Assembly (NCBI GenBank): GCA_021789555.1
Contig: JAJYJK010000003.1
Location: 756 to 64,755 of the forward strand
Direction: 5' to 3'
DNA length: 64,000 nucleotides
Source: Nitrospirota bacterium
GTDB lineage: Bacteria; Nitrospirota; Thermodesulfovibrionia; Thermodesulfovibrionales; JdFR-88
Shown: positions 1-10,028 of the stretch, in pieces
How the letters are laid out: each line of letters begins with the position of its first letter
How positions within the stretch are numbered: the first letter of the stretch is position 1
The notes under the pieces: model-generated
Databases searched by the model: none
Seen by the model: the letters and a program-made list of their open reading frames with translations, nothing else
What the model was told of the DNA's origin: nothing
Made by a program: the position numbers and the translations under genes

Positions 1-132
1 GGCAGAAGCGTACTTGGCATCGTATTCGGTTCGATAAGGAAAGGGGTCATGTTTCTCGTCTCCGAAGCGGACTTCGCAAGGGGGCTCGAACTCATCGAAG
101 AGGCGGGCCTCTCGCACCTGATTGTCAAATAA
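1..132 (+). CDS. 3' end of an unidentified gene entering from the left edge (partial)
   Basis: Frame 1 is open from nt 1 to TAA at 130-132 (...VMFLVSEADFARGLELIEEAGLSHLIVK*). There is no start in the window and no family was recognised. Confidence 0.25.
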   Translation, partial: GRSVLGIVFGSIRKGVMFLVSEADFARGLELIEEAGLSHLIVK

Positions 133-138
133 GGCCCT

Positions 139-348
139 TTACTCCTTGTTGTCCTTGTCTTTCATATTTTTCAGCATGTCCCCGAGTGATTGGCGCGTCT
201 GGGCCAGGGCCGCGTAGTCGATCTCCATGGGGGTCTGGCAGAGGCGGCACTTCGCGGGTTTCCCCGAAAGGATGTCTTTCAGCCTGAACTTGCTTTGCTT
301 TTTGCAGCTTGGACACTGAAGCCAGCATTCGAGGTCTAACTCTTTCAA
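139..348 (-). CDS. small zinc-ribbon protein (hypothetical)
   Basis: 69-aa ORF with CPSC-x19-CRLC (two CxxC pairs). TTG start at 348 lies 6 nt after GGAGGAG. It sits directly downstream of dxs and ends in TAA. Confidence 0.5.
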   Translation of the reverse strand: MKELDLECWLQCPSCKKQSKFRLKDILSGKPAKCRLCQTPMEIDYAALAQTRQSLGDMLKNMKDKDNKE

Positions 349-368
349 GGGAAACTCCTCCCGGTTTT

Positions 369-2255
369 TTACTTGATGGTCCGAAATCTCTTCAGGGCAG
401 GGGAGGCCGCGAGAAGGTCTTTCACGGCCTGCGAGATGCCGTTTACGTCGAGGCCGAACCTGGCCCTCAGTTCCGCCTGGCTGCCGTGCTCGACGAATAC
501 GTCGGGGAAACCCAGGGACTGGAATTTTATGCCTCCCAGGCCCATTCTCATCAGCGCCTCGCAGACGGCGGAGCCGAAGCCGCCGAGCACCGCGTTGTCC
601 TCGACCGTGATTATCCGGCCGGTCGCCGCCGCCCTCCTGAGCGCGTCCTCGTCCAGGGGTTTTACGAACCTCATGTTATAGACTGAGACTTTCATGTTCT
701 CATTTTCACGCGCGAGCCGCCGGGCGGCCTCGAGCGCGGGCAGCGCCATATTGCCCATGGCGAGGATGGCCGCGTCCCGGCCCTCATTGAGGACCTGCGC
801 CTTTCCGAGCGAAAGCGGAAGCGTGTCCTCCTCGCCGATGGCCTTGCCCCTTGGATAACGGATAGCGGCCGGGCCCTTAAGGGCCAGGGCGAATTTCAGC
901 ATGGCCTCAAGCTCGGGGGCGTCTTTTGGGGCCATGAGGGTGAGGTTTGGTATGTGCCTCAGATAGGAGAGGTCGAACATGCCGTGATGGGTCGGGCCGT
1001 CCTCGCCCACGACCCCCGCCCTGTCTATGGCGAACACGACGGGGAGCCTCTGGAGGCAGACGTCGTGGATTATCTCGTCATAGCCCCGCTGCAGGAAGGT
1101 GGAGTATATGGCCACGACGGGTTTCAGGCCGGATTTCGCCAGGCCCGCCGCGAAGACAACGGCGTGCGGCTCGGCTATCCCGACGTCATAAATCCTGGCC
1201 GGGAACTCTTTTTCGAATGCGGCAAGGCCGGTGCCTTCCTTCATCGCGGCGGTGATGGCTATGATGCGGGGGTCTGCCCGCGCGCACCTGGAAAGGGCCT
1301 CCCCGAAATACTCGCTGTAGGAAACGGAGCTGGAGAGCGGCTTGCCGGTCTCTATTTCGAAGGGGCCGACCCCGTGGAAGACGCACGGGTTTTGCTCGGA
1401 GGGCTCGTATCCCTTGCCCTTCTTGGTGACGATATGTATGAGCACCGGGCCCGCAAGGACGCTTGCCCTCCGCAGGGTTTTTAGCAGGCTCTCCATATCA
1501 TGGCCGTCTATGGGGCCTATGTAATTGAAGCCCATCTCCTCAAACAGCATGCCCGGCAGCAGGATGCCCTTAAATGCCTCCTCCAGCCGCTCCGCCGCCT
1601 TCGACATCTGGGGGCCGAACCTCGGGATGCCCTTTAAAAGTTCCCTCGTCGAGTTTTTGAATTTCCGGTAAAGCTCGCCCGTGAGAATCCGGTTTAAGTA
1701 GGCGGCCAGCGCACCCACGTTCCTGGATATCGACATTTCATTGTCGTTTAAGATAACGATCATGTCCTTTTTGAGGTGGCCGGCCTGGTTGAGCCCCTCG
1801 AAGGCAAGCCCGGCCGTCAGCGAGCCGTCCCCGATTATGGCTATTACCTTGTGGTTTTCATGGAGCAGGTCCCGGGCGACGGCAAGGCCGACGGCGGCGG
1901 AGATGGAAGTTGAGCTGTGGCCCGCTATGAACGCGTCGCAGGCGCTCTCCTCCGGCTTGGGGAAGCCGGAGAGGCCGCCGGCCTGCCTCAGCTTCGGGAA
2001 TTTCACTTTTCTGCCGGTCAGTATCTTGTGTGTATAGCTCTGATGGCCCACGTCCCAGACAAACTTGTCCCTGGGGCAGTCGAAGACGTAATGGAGGGCG
2101 ACGGTCAGCTCCACCACGCCCAGGTTGGAGGCCAGGTGGCCGCCGCACCTGGAGACGTGCTCTATGATGAACTGCCTTATCTCGGCGCAAAGGGGGGCAA
2201 GCTCTTTTTCCTGGAGGCCCTTCAGGTCCTCGGGAGAATCGATGAATTCAAGCAC
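369..2255 (-). CDS. dxs: 1-deoxy-D-xylulose-5-phosphate synthase
   Basis: 628 aa. The N-terminal GGHLASNLGVVELTVALHYVF...WDVGHQSYTHKILTGR block is typical of DXS, and the transketolase-like domains span the full length. GTG start follows GGGGGAG. Confidence 0.97.
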   Translation of the reverse strand: MLEFIDSPEDLKGLQEKELAPLCAEIRQFIIEHVSRCGGHLASNLGVVELTVALHYVFDCPRDKFVWDVGHQSYTHKILTGRKVKFPKLRQAGGLSGFPKPEESACDAFIAGHSSTSISAAVGLAVARDLLHENHKVIAIIGDGSLTAGLAFEGLNQAGHLKKDMIVILNDNEMSISRNVGALAAYLNRILTGELYRKFKNSTRELLKGIPRFGPQMSKAAERLEEAFKGILLPGMLFEEMGFNYIGPIDGHDMESLLKTLRRASVLAGPVLIHIVTKKGKGYEPSEQNPCVFHGVGPFEIETGKPLSSSVSYSEYFGEALSRCARADPRIIAITAAMKEGTGLAAFEKEFPARIYDVGIAEPHAVVFAAGLAKSGLKPVVAIYSTFLQRGYDEIIHDVCLQRLPVVFAIDRAGVVGEDGPTHHGMFDLSYLRHIPNLTLMAPKDAPELEAMLKFALALKGPAAIRYPRGKAIGEEDTLPLSLGKAQVLNEGRDAAILAMGNMALPALEAARRLARENENMKVSVYNMRFVKPLDEDALRRAAATGRIITVEDNAVLGGFGSAVCEALMRMGLGGIKFQSLGFPDVFVEHGSQAELRARFGLDVNGISQAVKDLLAASPALKRFRTIK

Positions 2256-2270
2256 TTTTATCTCTCCCCC

Positions 2271-3269
2271 TCACTTTTCCCTCTCTATTATATACCTGGC
2301 TATGGCGCGCAGGGGTTCGGCCTCCGGCCCGAAGACGCCTTCCAGGGACGAAAACGCCTTTTCTACCAGGTCTCGGGCCTCCGCCTCCGCCGCTTCCATA
2401 CCGAGGACGGAGGGATAAGTCAGCTTTTTCTTTCTTTCATCCGAGCCTGCCGTCTTCCCCATGAGCGCGGTCTCGCCTTTTACATCAAGGATATCATCGG
2501 CGACCTGAAAGGCAAGCCCCACGCATTGCCCGTAGCCGGTGAGCGCCTGCAGCCTTTCGGGGCCGGCCCCGGCAAGCATGCCCCCCATCCGCACGGAGGC
2601 GGTTATGAGCTGGGCCGTCTTGTGCATGTGGATGAATTCTATTTCGCTTTTACCCACGGGACCCATTCGGGCCGCCGCTTCCTGAGGCGCGGCCCCGGAG
2701 AGCCCGTCCTTAGCGGAGTCGGAAAGCCCGTCGTGAGCGGAGTCGGAAAGAATATCCTGCGCCTGTCCGGCGACCATCCCCCACAGGCCGGCCCTTGCCG
2801 CCAGGTCCGCGATTATCTCCAGCAAGACCCCTTCCGGCATCTTTATTTCCGCGCCGGGAAGACTCAGCATGTGAAAGGCCTCGGTCAGGAGGCCGTCGCC
2901 CGCGAGGATGGCCATCGCCTCCCCATAGACCTTATGGTTTGTGGGTTTGCCCCTCCGAAGATCGTCGTCGTCCATGGCGGGCAGGTCGTCATGTATGAGG
3001 GAATACGTATGTATCAGCTCAAGGGCGCAGGCGTAGCGGAGTATGCCCTCCGGCCTTTTCCCGCCGCAGGCCTCATAGGAGGCGAGGGCCAGCACCGGCC
3101 TTATCCTCTTGCCGCCCGCGGAGATCGAATACTCCATCGACTCCCTCAGCAGGGGCGGCCTGATGCCGGAATTTGAAAAATACTCCTTCAGGTACGAATC
3201 AACAAGCGCTCCGTTTTTTGCGAGGTAGTGCTTGAGGTCGAATGTCCGATCGGTATGAAGGGGATCCAA
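2271..3269 (-). CDS. ispA: (E)-polyprenyl diphosphate synthase (farnesyl/geranylgeranyl diphosphate synthase)
   Basis: Both Asp-rich motifs are present (LIHDDLPAMDDDDLRRGKPT and FQVADDILD). It lies immediately upstream of dxs, as in the classical ispA-dxs arrangement. The only usable start is TTG 3269 because an in-frame stop sits at 3279-3281. Confidence 0.92.
   Translation of the reverse strand: MDPLHTDRTFDLKHYLAKNGALVDSYLKEYFSNSGIRPPLLRESMEYSISAGGKRIRPVLALASYEACGGKRPEGILRYACALELIHTYSLIHDDLPAMDDDDLRRGKPTNHKVYGEAMAILAGDGLLTEAFHMLSLPGAEIKMPEGVLLEIIADLAARAGLWGMVAGQAQDILSDSAHDGLSDSAKDGLSGAAPQEAAARMGPVGKSEIEFIHMHKTAQLITASVRMGGMLAGAGPERLQALTGYGQCVGLAFQVADDILDVKGETALMGKTAGSDERKKKLTYPSVLGMEAAEAEARDLVEKAFSSLEGVFGPEAEPLRAIARYIIEREK
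2701..2748. repeat. 24-nt x2 tandem duplication inside ispA
   Basis: agcccgtccttagcggagtcggaa / agcccgtcgtgagcggagtcggaa (21/24 identical). It encodes LSDSAHDG-LSDSAKDG in frame. Confidence 0.9.
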
Positions 3270-3282
3270 GGGGTCCGGTCAC

Positions 3283-4821
3283 CTATTCCCATTCAATAGT
3301 GCCGGGCGGTTTCGAGCTTATGTCGTAGACCACCCGGTTTACGCCCTTTACTTCATTGATTATGCGGTTTGAGAGTGTGCCCAGAAGCTCGTAGGGCAGC
3401 TTTGCCCAGTCGGCCGTCATGCCGTCCAGGCTCTGGACGGCCCGTACCGCGACGGCGGACTCATACGTGCGCTCGTCCCCCATCACGCCCACGCTCCTTA
3501 CCGGCAGCAGCACCGCGAATGACTGCCATAACTCATTGTAAAGCCCCGCCTTCTTGATCTCCTCGAGCACTATGGCATCGGCCTCGCGGAGCATTTCGAG
3601 CCTGCCGGCGGTTATCTCGCCAAGGCAGCGGATGGCAAGCCCCGGCCCCGGAAAGGGCTGGCGCAAGCAGATGTCGTCCGGCAGGCCCAGCTCCTTGCCC
3701 AGGACCCGCACCTCGTCCTTGAAAAGCTCTCGCAGGGGCTCTATCAGCTTCAGTTTCATCACCTCGGGAAGCCCGCCTACGTTATGATGGCTTTTTATGA
3801 CGGCGGATGGGCCCCTTACGGAAACGCTCTCTATGACGTCCGGATAGAGCGTGCCCTGGGCGAGGAACTCCACATTTTCTATCCTGCCCGCCTCTTCTTC
3901 GAATACGGCTATGAACTCCGCCCCTATTACCTTTCTCTTTTTTTCCGGCTCCGTTACGCCCTTTAACTTTTCGATGAACCTACCGCTTGCATCCACGTGG
4001 ATGAGTTTTATCCGGAAATGTTTCTGGAAGGTGTCTATCACCTTGCGGGACTCGCCAAGTCTGAGGAGGCCGTTGTCCACGAATATGCATGTAAGGGCGT
4101 CGCCGACGGCCCGGTGGACGAGGAGGGCCACGACGGAGGAGTCCACCCCACCGCTCAAGGCGCATATCACGTTGCCGCCGGCCACCTTGTCTTTTATGTC
4201 CTGGACCGCCTGGTCTATGAAGGAGATCATCTTCCACTCCGGCTTGCAGCCGCAGATGTCGAAGATGAAGTTGCGGATGATCCTTTCGCCCTCATCGGTG
4301 TGGACCACCTCCGGATGGAACTGGAGGGCGTAGAGCCTGCTTTCGGGGTTGGACATCGCCGCGAAGGGAGAGTTGGATGTATGCGCAATCGCCCTAAACC
4401 CCGCAGGCAGCTCTTCTATCTTGTCGCCGTGGCTCATCCAGACAACGCTTTTATCGTAAACCCCCCAGAAGAGCCCCTTGTCGTCGTCCACGGTCAGTTC
4501 GGCCCGGCCGTACTCGCGTCTGGCCGAGCGGGCGACTTTCCCGCCTAGCATATGGGCCATAAGCTGCATCCCGTAGCAGAGGCCGAGCACCGGCACCCCC
4601 AGGCTGAAGACCGCCGCGTCCGGGAGCGGGGCGCCCTCGGCATAAACGCTTGCGGGCCCGCCGGAAAGTATGATCCCCTTCGGCCTAAACCCCTTTATCT
4701 TCTCGATAGGGGCGTTATAGGGGAATATCTCGGAATATACGTTTGCCTCCCTCACCCTCCGTGCTATCAGCTGCGTGTACTGGGAGCCGAAATCGAGGAC
4801 GAGGACCTTTTCCGCGTGCAT
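3283..4821 (-). CDS. guaA: GMP synthase (glutamine-hydrolysing)
   Basis: The ORF was trimmed to ATG 4821 ([25 protein letters not shown]...). It has a GATase domain, the SGGVDSS PP-loop and the canonical C-terminus ...GTIEWE, then a TAG stop. The 101 codons upstream in the ORF track overlap the divergent gene and look non-coding. Confidence 0.95.
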   Translation of the reverse strand: MHAEKVLVLDFGSQYTQLIARRVREANVYSEIFPYNAPIEKIKGFRPKGIILSGGPASVYAEGAPLPDAAVFSLGVPVLGLCYGMQLMAHMLGGKVARSARREYGRAELTVDDDKGLFWGVYDKSVVWMSHGDKIEELPAGFRAIAHTSNSPFAAMSNPESRLYALQFHPEVVHTDEGERIIRNFIFDICGCKPEWKMISFIDQAVQDIKDKVAGGNVICALSGGVDSSVVALLVHRAVGDALTCIFVDNGLLRLGESRKVIDTFQKHFRIKLIHVDASGRFIEKLKGVTEPEKKRKVIGAEFIAVFEEEAGRIENVEFLAQGTLYPDVIESVSVRGPSAVIKSHHNVGGLPEVMKLKLIEPLRELFKDEVRVLGKELGLPDDICLRQPFPGPGLAIRCLGEITAGRLEMLREADAIVLEEIKKAGLYNELWQSFAVLLPVRSVGVMGDERTYESAVAVRAVQSLDGMTADWAKLPYELLGTLSNRIINEVKGVNRVVYDISSKPPGTIEWE

Positions 4822-4918
4822 GAGATTGATTATAACCCAAAGCCGGTGATAAAAAAAGAATTCGGGGCGGGGGGGCGGGGATCGCTTCCCTCTTGAAAAA
4901 CCCCCCGCACAGGATAAA

Positions 4919-7528
4919 ATGATAAAAGAAATGATATCTTCCGGAAAGTTGCGATATCCCCTCAGAGTCTCCCTCATATACGCCCTTGTGGGCGGCGTAT
5001 GGATATTTTTCTCTGACGTCCTTTTGTATCTGTTTACAAAAAATCCCGAGAGGCTCGCCGAGTTCGACGCCATAAAGGACTGGATATTCATAGGGCTTAC
5101 GGCCGTCGCCCTGTTTTTCATCATCAGGGGCGCCCTCTACTCCATAATGAGCAGGGACGAACGGATAAGGAAAAACGAAAAATTCCTTGAAGACATACTA
5201 AACAGCCTGAAGGACGGCATAGTCATTCTGGACAAGTCGAGGACCATCGTGCGCGTCAACCCGGTCGTGGAGAAGTGGTTTCCTGAAAGCGGGCCCCTGG
5301 CCGGCAGGAAATGCATCGAGGTCTATCACATGGACAAGGCGGTCTGCGAAGACTGCCTGAACACCGCGCTCGAGACCGGGAAGGAGGCGCGGGCCGTGAT
5401 TCAGCTCGGCATAGGAGGCGAGGTCAGGTGGATGGACCTCTACTGCTATCCGTTGATAGACTCCGGTACGGGCGGCATCATCGGCGCAATCGAGTATCTC
5501 AGGGACATCACCGGCCGGAAAAAGACCGAGGAGGCGCTGAAGCAATCCGAGGAGAAATACCGCACGGTCTTCAACGCCGCCAACGATGCGATATTCATAG
5601 CCGATGAAGAGGGTGTCATCATGGAGGTCAACAGCAAGGCGGAGGAGCTTGCCGGCAGGCCCGCGGGGGAGCTTGTCGGGCGTCCCCACACGGTGCTCCA
5701 CCCCGGGGAGGAGGCGGTGCGGTACGGCCGCATACTGCGGGCGGCCGTTGAGGACAAAAGGCCGGTCTCCGGGGACATCTATGTTGCAAGGGGCGACGGC
5801 GCAAAGGTGCCGGTCGAGATAAGCGCGAGTCTTGCGGAACTCGGCGACGGCAAGATGCTGGTAGGCGTTCTCCGGGACATCTCCCACAGGCAGGAGGCCG
5901 AGGCGCGTATACATGAGCAGTTCGACATGCTCAGCGCCCTGTACTCCGGCGCGCAAAAACTCTCCGAGAGCCTCGACCTGGCCGAGCTTGCGCGCAGCGC
6001 CGTCTTCACCTCGGTGGCCAGTTTCCAGGCGAGGTTCGCCTGGATTGGAAGCGTCGAGCCCGGGGGCAAGATGCGCCTGCTGGCCCTTTACCCGGACATC
6101 CCGGAATTCAAACGCCTTGTCGCGCTCCGCCTGGACGGCTCCCCGGCGGGGCAGGCGCAGCTTTTCCCCGGCAGGGCCGTAAAAAGCGGAATGCCGGTGG
6201 TGATAGAAGACCTGAAAAAAGACGATGGCTTCGCGCCGTGGCTGGAAGATGCGCTCTCGGAGGGGTTTTCGACCGGGGCCTCCTTCCCCCTCATAAGCCG
6301 TGAAAAGACACTCGGGGTGCTAACCCTCTTCAGCGAGCAGCCGGGATTTTTCACGCGCGAGCGGGTGAGGTTCTTTCAGGCATACGCGCATCAGGCGGCG
6401 GCCTCGTTTGAAAATGCGAGGCTCTATGAGGAGACGGAGCACAGGCTCGAGCGCCTGAATGCCCTCTGCTCGATAGATACGGCCATTACGCAGAGCCTTG
6501 ACCTGCGTGTGATTTTCGATGTCTTCCTGGACAGGGTGGTCACCCAGCTCAAGGTGGACGCGGTGGACGTCCTTTTGATGGACCCAAACACCCTCATCTT
6601 CAGTTGGGCCGCGGGGAGGGGTTTCAGGACAAAGGCGGTCCAGCAGACGGCGCAGCGTCTTGGAGAGGGCAACGCCGGGCATGCCGCCCTGCAGAGGCGG
6701 ATAATAGGGGTCGAAAACATCGCCGAGACGATGGACGACCGGGCGGGCGCCTTCGCCGAGGAGGGTTTTACATCCTATTTCGCCGCCCCTCTTGTGACCA
6801 AAGGACAAATACTGGGCGTGCTGGAGCTTTTCCACAGGAAGCGCCTCTCAACCGACCGGGAATGGATGGACTTCCTGGGGATGATGGCCTCGCAGGCCGC
6901 AATCGCCATCGAGAACGCCACCCTGTTTGACAACCTTCAGAGGACGAACACCGAGCTTGCCCTGGCCTATGACACAACGCTCGAGGGATGGTCCCGCGCC
7001 CTGGACCTCCGGGACAGGGAGACGGAAGGGCACACGTCGCGCGTGGCCGGCCTCACGATGAGACTGGCCCGGGCCATCGGCATGAGCGAATCGAGCCTGG
7101 TGCACCTGCGCCGGGGCGCACTGCTCCACGATATAGGCAAGATGGGCATCCCCGACAGCATCCTTCTGAAACCCGGCCCCCTCACGGACGAGGAACTGGA
7201 GATCATGCGCCGCCACCCGGTCTATGCCCTCGACCTCCTCCAGCCCATAGCGTATCTGAGGCCCGCCCTTCCCATCCCGTACCTGCACCACGAGAGATGG
7301 GACGGGACGGGATATCCGAAGGGGCTGAAGGGCGAGCAGATACCCCTTGCCGCAAGGCTCTTTGCCGTGGCCGACGTCTGGGACGCCCTGCGCTCCGAGC
7401 GGCCCTACAGACCGCCGTGGCCCAGGCGGCGCGTTGTGGAGCACATGCAGAGCGAGGCGGGCGCCCACTTCGACCCCAACATCGTGGAGAGGTTCATGGA
7501 ACTGGTGGGCAGCGAGGAAAAGTCCTGA
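4919..7528 (+). CDS. membrane-anchored PAS/GAF sensor with C-terminal HD-GYP domain (probable c-di-GMP phosphodiesterase)
   Basis: 869 aa with two N-terminal hydrophobic helices, PAS-like and GAF-like stretches, then HDIGK ... [14 protein letters not shown] (HD and GYP motifs). Confidence 0.88.
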   Translation: MIKEMISSGKLRYPLRVSLIYALVGGVWIFFSDVLLYLFTKNPERLAEFDAIKDWIFIGLTAVALFFIIRGALYSIMSRDERIRKNEKFLEDILNSLKDGIVILDKSRTIVRVNPVVEKWFPESGPLAGRKCIEVYHMDKAVCEDCLNTALETGKEARAVIQLGIGGEVRWMDLYCYPLIDSGTGGIIGAIEYLRDITGRKKTEEALKQSEEKYRTVFNAANDAIFIADEEGVIMEVNSKAEELAGRPAGELVGRPHTVLHPGEEAVRYGRILRAAVEDKRPVSGDIYVARGDGAKVPVEISASLAELGDGKMLVGVLRDISHRQEAEARIHEQFDMLSALYSGAQKLSESLDLAELARSAVFTSVASFQARFAWIGSVEPGGKMRLLALYPDIPEFKRLVALRLDGSPAGQAQLFPGRAVKSGMPVVIEDLKKDDGFAPWLEDALSEGFSTGASFPLISREKTLGVLTLFSEQPGFFTRERVRFFQAYAHQAAASFENARLYEETEHRLERLNALCSIDTAITQSLDLRVIFDVFLDRVVTQLKVDAVDVLLMDPNTLIFSWAAGRGFRTKAVQQTAQRLGEGNAGHAALQRRIIGVENIAETMDDRAGAFAEEGFTSYFAAPLVTKGQILGVLELFHRKRLSTDREWMDFLGMMASQAAIAIENATLFDNLQRTNTELALAYDTTLEGWSRALDLRDRETEGHTSRVAGLTMRLARAIGMSESSLVHLRRGALLHDIGKMGIPDSILLKPGPLTDEELEIMRRHPVYALDLLQPIAYLRPALPIPYLHHERWDGTGYPKGLKGEQIPLAARLFAVADVWDALRSERPYRPPWPRRRVVEHMQSEAGAHFDPNIVERFMELVGSEEKS

Positions 7529-7613
7529 AATCCTTTTAACGCAAATCCTTCCGCCTTGGAATTCTGCTTCAAACCAATCTTTTATTTCAATCGAAAACCA
7601 GGAGAAACTTCTT

Positions 7614-7904
7614 GTGCCGACCATCTGCATAACTGAAGTATTCAAACGAGTGCTCCGGCAGCGCGGAGAGGACGCGGCGCTTCATGCGGCGGCCCTCATG
7701 CAGCAGGGACGGGTCGCCCCTCTGGACAGCGCTATTGCTATAGAAGCCGCAAGACTCGGGTATAAGCATGACGTGCCCCTGGCTGACGGCATAATTCTAG
7801 CCACGGCTTATAACCATAAAGCTATTATCTGGACACAGGATACCGATTTTAAAGGCTTAAGGGACGTCAGGTATAAAGAGAAACAAAAGAAGCCCCCTTC
7901 TTGA
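7614..7904 (+). pseudogene. decayed PIN-domain (VapC-like) toxin gene, N-terminally degenerate
   Basis: The C-terminal two thirds of a PIN domain are present (ICITEVF..., PLADGIILATA, WTQDTDF). Upstream, the same frame reads ILLTQIL where LLDTN would be expected, with no start codon. An internal GTG at 7614 follows AGGAG. No antitoxin gene is adjacent. Confidence 0.55.
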
Positions 7905-7940
7905 CTTGCCTGCCGAAAACGCCTTAAACTATCAGGTATT

Positions 7941-8017
7941 CGGGGCGTAGCGCAGCCTGGTAGCGCGCACGGTTCGGGACCGTGAAGTCGAAGGTTCAAA
8001 TCCTTTCGCCCCGACCA
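7941..8017 (+). tRNA. tRNA-Pro (anticodon CGG)
   Basis: Cloverleaf read by hand: acceptor CGGGGCG/CGCCCCG, D arm GCGC-AGCCTGGTA-GCGC, anticodon stem CACGG/CCGTG with loop TTCGGGA, T arm GAAGG-TTCAAAT-CCTTT, and an encoded CCA. It closely resembles E. coli tRNA-Pro. Confidence 0.95.
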
Positions 8018-8111
8018 TTTTTTTCGCCCTCCGGGGCAGTTTCACCTCGTCAACCGGCAATTCCGGTTGCGAACCTTTCGCTGAAAGCATGGAATTCATA
8101 AAGAAAAACTC

Positions 8112-10028
8112 ATGGACGGCGGGAATAAAAATAAGGACGGACTGAAGAGCCAGCAGTGGAGATGGCTCCTGGCCCTGGTCTTGTTCTTCCTGGTGCTCTA
8201 TCTCTGGCAGACCCTCACTTACAATACCGGCCAGGAGGCGCAGACCATCACATACAGCAGTTTCCTGGGCCAGATGGAATCCGGCAACATCAAATCCGTG
8301 GTCATCGAAGGCCATTCGGTCACCGGGGAATTGAACAAGGCGGCAAGCATTATCCCCCAAAAGGGGACCAAGCCGGTCACGGTCACAAAATTCAAGACCT
8401 ATCTGCCAGCCTTCCAGGGGCAGCAGCTCATCCAGGAACTCCAGTCAAAAAACGTAACGATAAGCGTGCTGCCGGAGAAGAAGACCTCTGCGCTTATGGA
8501 CTTTTTAGTGGGCATACTGCCCTGGGTGCTCATAATCGGGGTGTGGGTGTTCATAATGAGGCGTACCGCGAAGCAGATAAGCGGCGGGCCGGGCGGGCTC
8601 TTCTCCTTCGGCGAGAGCAAGGCAAAACTCTTCCAGGGGGGCAAAACCCCTACGATCACCTTCAAGGACGTCGCCGGGATGGAGAACACCAAGAGGGAGC
8701 TCATGGAGATAATCGAGTTTCTGAGGGACCCGGCGAAATACCGGGCCCTGGGCGCGAAGGTGCCAAAGGGCGTTCTCTTAGTGGGGCCGCCCGGCACGGG
8801 CAAGACCCTGCTTGCGCGCGCGGTGGCGGGCGAGGCCGGCGTGCCTTTCTACAGCATAAGCGCCTCGGAGTTCATAGAGATGTTTGTGGGCGTCGGGGCT
8901 TCCCGCGTGCGGGACCTCTTCAAGAAGGCGAAGGCGAGCCAGCCCAGCATCATCTTCATGGACGAGATCGACGCGGTCGGACGCACGAGGGGCGCGGGGC
9001 TTGGCGGCGGGCATGACGAGAGGGAACAGACCCTGAACCAGCTCCTTGGGGAGATGGACGGGTTTGAGTCGCACGAGGCGGTGATAGTCATGGCGGCGAC
9101 CAACAGGCCCGACGTGCTGGACCCGGCCCTGCTTCGGCCGGGGCGTTTCGACAGGCACATCGTAATAGACAGGCCGGGCCTCAAGGAGCGAAAGGCCATC
9201 CTGGAAATCCACGTGAGGGGCAAGACCCTCGCCCCGGACGTGGACCTGGAGAAGGTGGCCCGCGGCACCCCCGGCATGACGGGGGCAGACCTAGAAAACC
9301 TGGCAAACGAGGCCGCCCTCATCGCCGTGAGAAAGAACAAAAAACAGGTCGAGATGAAGGATTTTGACGAGGCGAGGGACATCATCCTCATGGGCGCGGT
9401 GAGAGAGGAGACCATAAGCGACTATGAGAGGCGCATCACGGCCTATCATGAATCGGGCCATGCGCTTGTGGCCTGGGAGCTTCCCGGCACCGACCCGATA
9501 CACAAGGTGAGCATCGTGCCCCGGGGGATGGCGATGGGCGTCACCCAGCTACTGCCCCAGGAGGACAGGCATTATTATCCGAGGAGTTACCTTATGAACA
9601 AACTGGCCGTGGCGCTGGGGGGCCGCGCGGCCGAGAAACTGATATTCAACGACGTGAGCACCGGCGCCCAAAACGATCTGAAGGAGGCCACACAGCTTGC
9701 CGAAAAGATGGTCGCCCAGTGGGGGATGAGCGACAAGGTGGGACCGCTTAATCTTGGCCGGGCGGAGGAGCACCCGTTTCTGGGACGGGAGCTGGCGCAG
9801 CCCAAGCGCTACAGCGAGGGCATGGCCTGGCTCATGGACCAGGAGATAAGAAACCTGATCGAAGAGGCCCAGGCCACGGCCGTGCAGATACTGAAAGATA
9901 AAAAAGAGACGCTGGATAGGCTTGCCGAAGGGCTGATGAAAGAGGAATCCCTCGATTACGGACAGATGGAAAAGATAGTTGGCACACCCAGGAAGACGCC
10001 TCAGGCGGCCCCCCCTAAAAAGGTTTAA
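8112..10028 (+). CDS. ftsH: ATP-dependent zinc metalloprotease FtsH
   Basis: 638 aa with an N-terminal TM pair, AAA+ Walker A GPPGTGKT, an SRH region and the HESGHA zinc motif. Confidence 0.97.
   Translation: MDGGNKNKDGLKSQQWRWLLALVLFFLVLYLWQTLTYNTGQEAQTITYSSFLGQMESGNIKSVVIEGHSVTGELNKAASIIPQKGTKPVTVTKFKTYLPAFQGQQLIQELQSKNVTISVLPEKKTSALMDFLVGILPWVLIIGVWVFIMRRTAKQISGGPGGLFSFGESKAKLFQGGKTPTITFKDVAGMENTKRELMEIIEFLRDPAKYRALGAKVPKGVLLVGPPGTGKTLLARAVAGEAGVPFYSISASEFIEMFVGVGASRVRDLFKKAKASQPSIIFMDEIDAVGRTRGAGLGGGHDEREQTLNQLLGEMDGFESHEAVIVMAATNRPDVLDPALLRPGRFDRHIVIDRPGLKERKAILEIHVRGKTLAPDVDLEKVARGTPGMTGADLENLANEAALIAVRKNKKQVEMKDFDEARDIILMGAVREETISDYERRITAYHESGHALVAWELPGTDPIHKVSIVPRGMAMGVTQLLPQEDRHYYPRSYLMNKLAVALGGRAAEKLIFNDVSTGAQNDLKEATQLAEKMVAQWGMSDKVGPLNLGRAEEHPFLGRELAQPKRYSEGMAWLMDQEIRNLIEEAQATAVQILKDKKETLDRLAEGLMKEESLDYGQMEKIVGTPRKTPQAAPPKKV

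Noticed and set aside
1917-3176. 419-aa + strand ORF overlapping dxs/ispA, and similar long antisense ORFs at 18240-19190 (+), 23947-24951 (+), 34741-35769 (-) and 6848-7645 (-)
   Set aside because: All run antisense to genes with strong family signatures. They have low-complexity, Arg/Gly/Pro-rich translations and no RBS or motifs. I treated them as GC-driven shadow ORFs.
4822-5124. N-terminal 101-codon extension of guaA in the ORF track (613-aa version)
   Set aside because: Conserved GuaA sequence starts at [12 protein letters not shown] (ATG 4821). The extension overlaps the start of the divergent HD-GYP gene and looks non-coding.
7347-7613. Full 185-aa ORF 7347-7904 as a real gene
   Set aside because: Its first ~60 codons overlap the 3' end of the HD-GYP gene in another frame and show no PIN similarity. 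Only the distal part is PIN-like.
7905-8111. tRNA-Pro as the attachment site of an integrated element
   Set aside because: No integrase, no obvious direct repeat of the tRNA 3' end and no compositional shift flank it. The only hint is the decayed PIN gene upstream.
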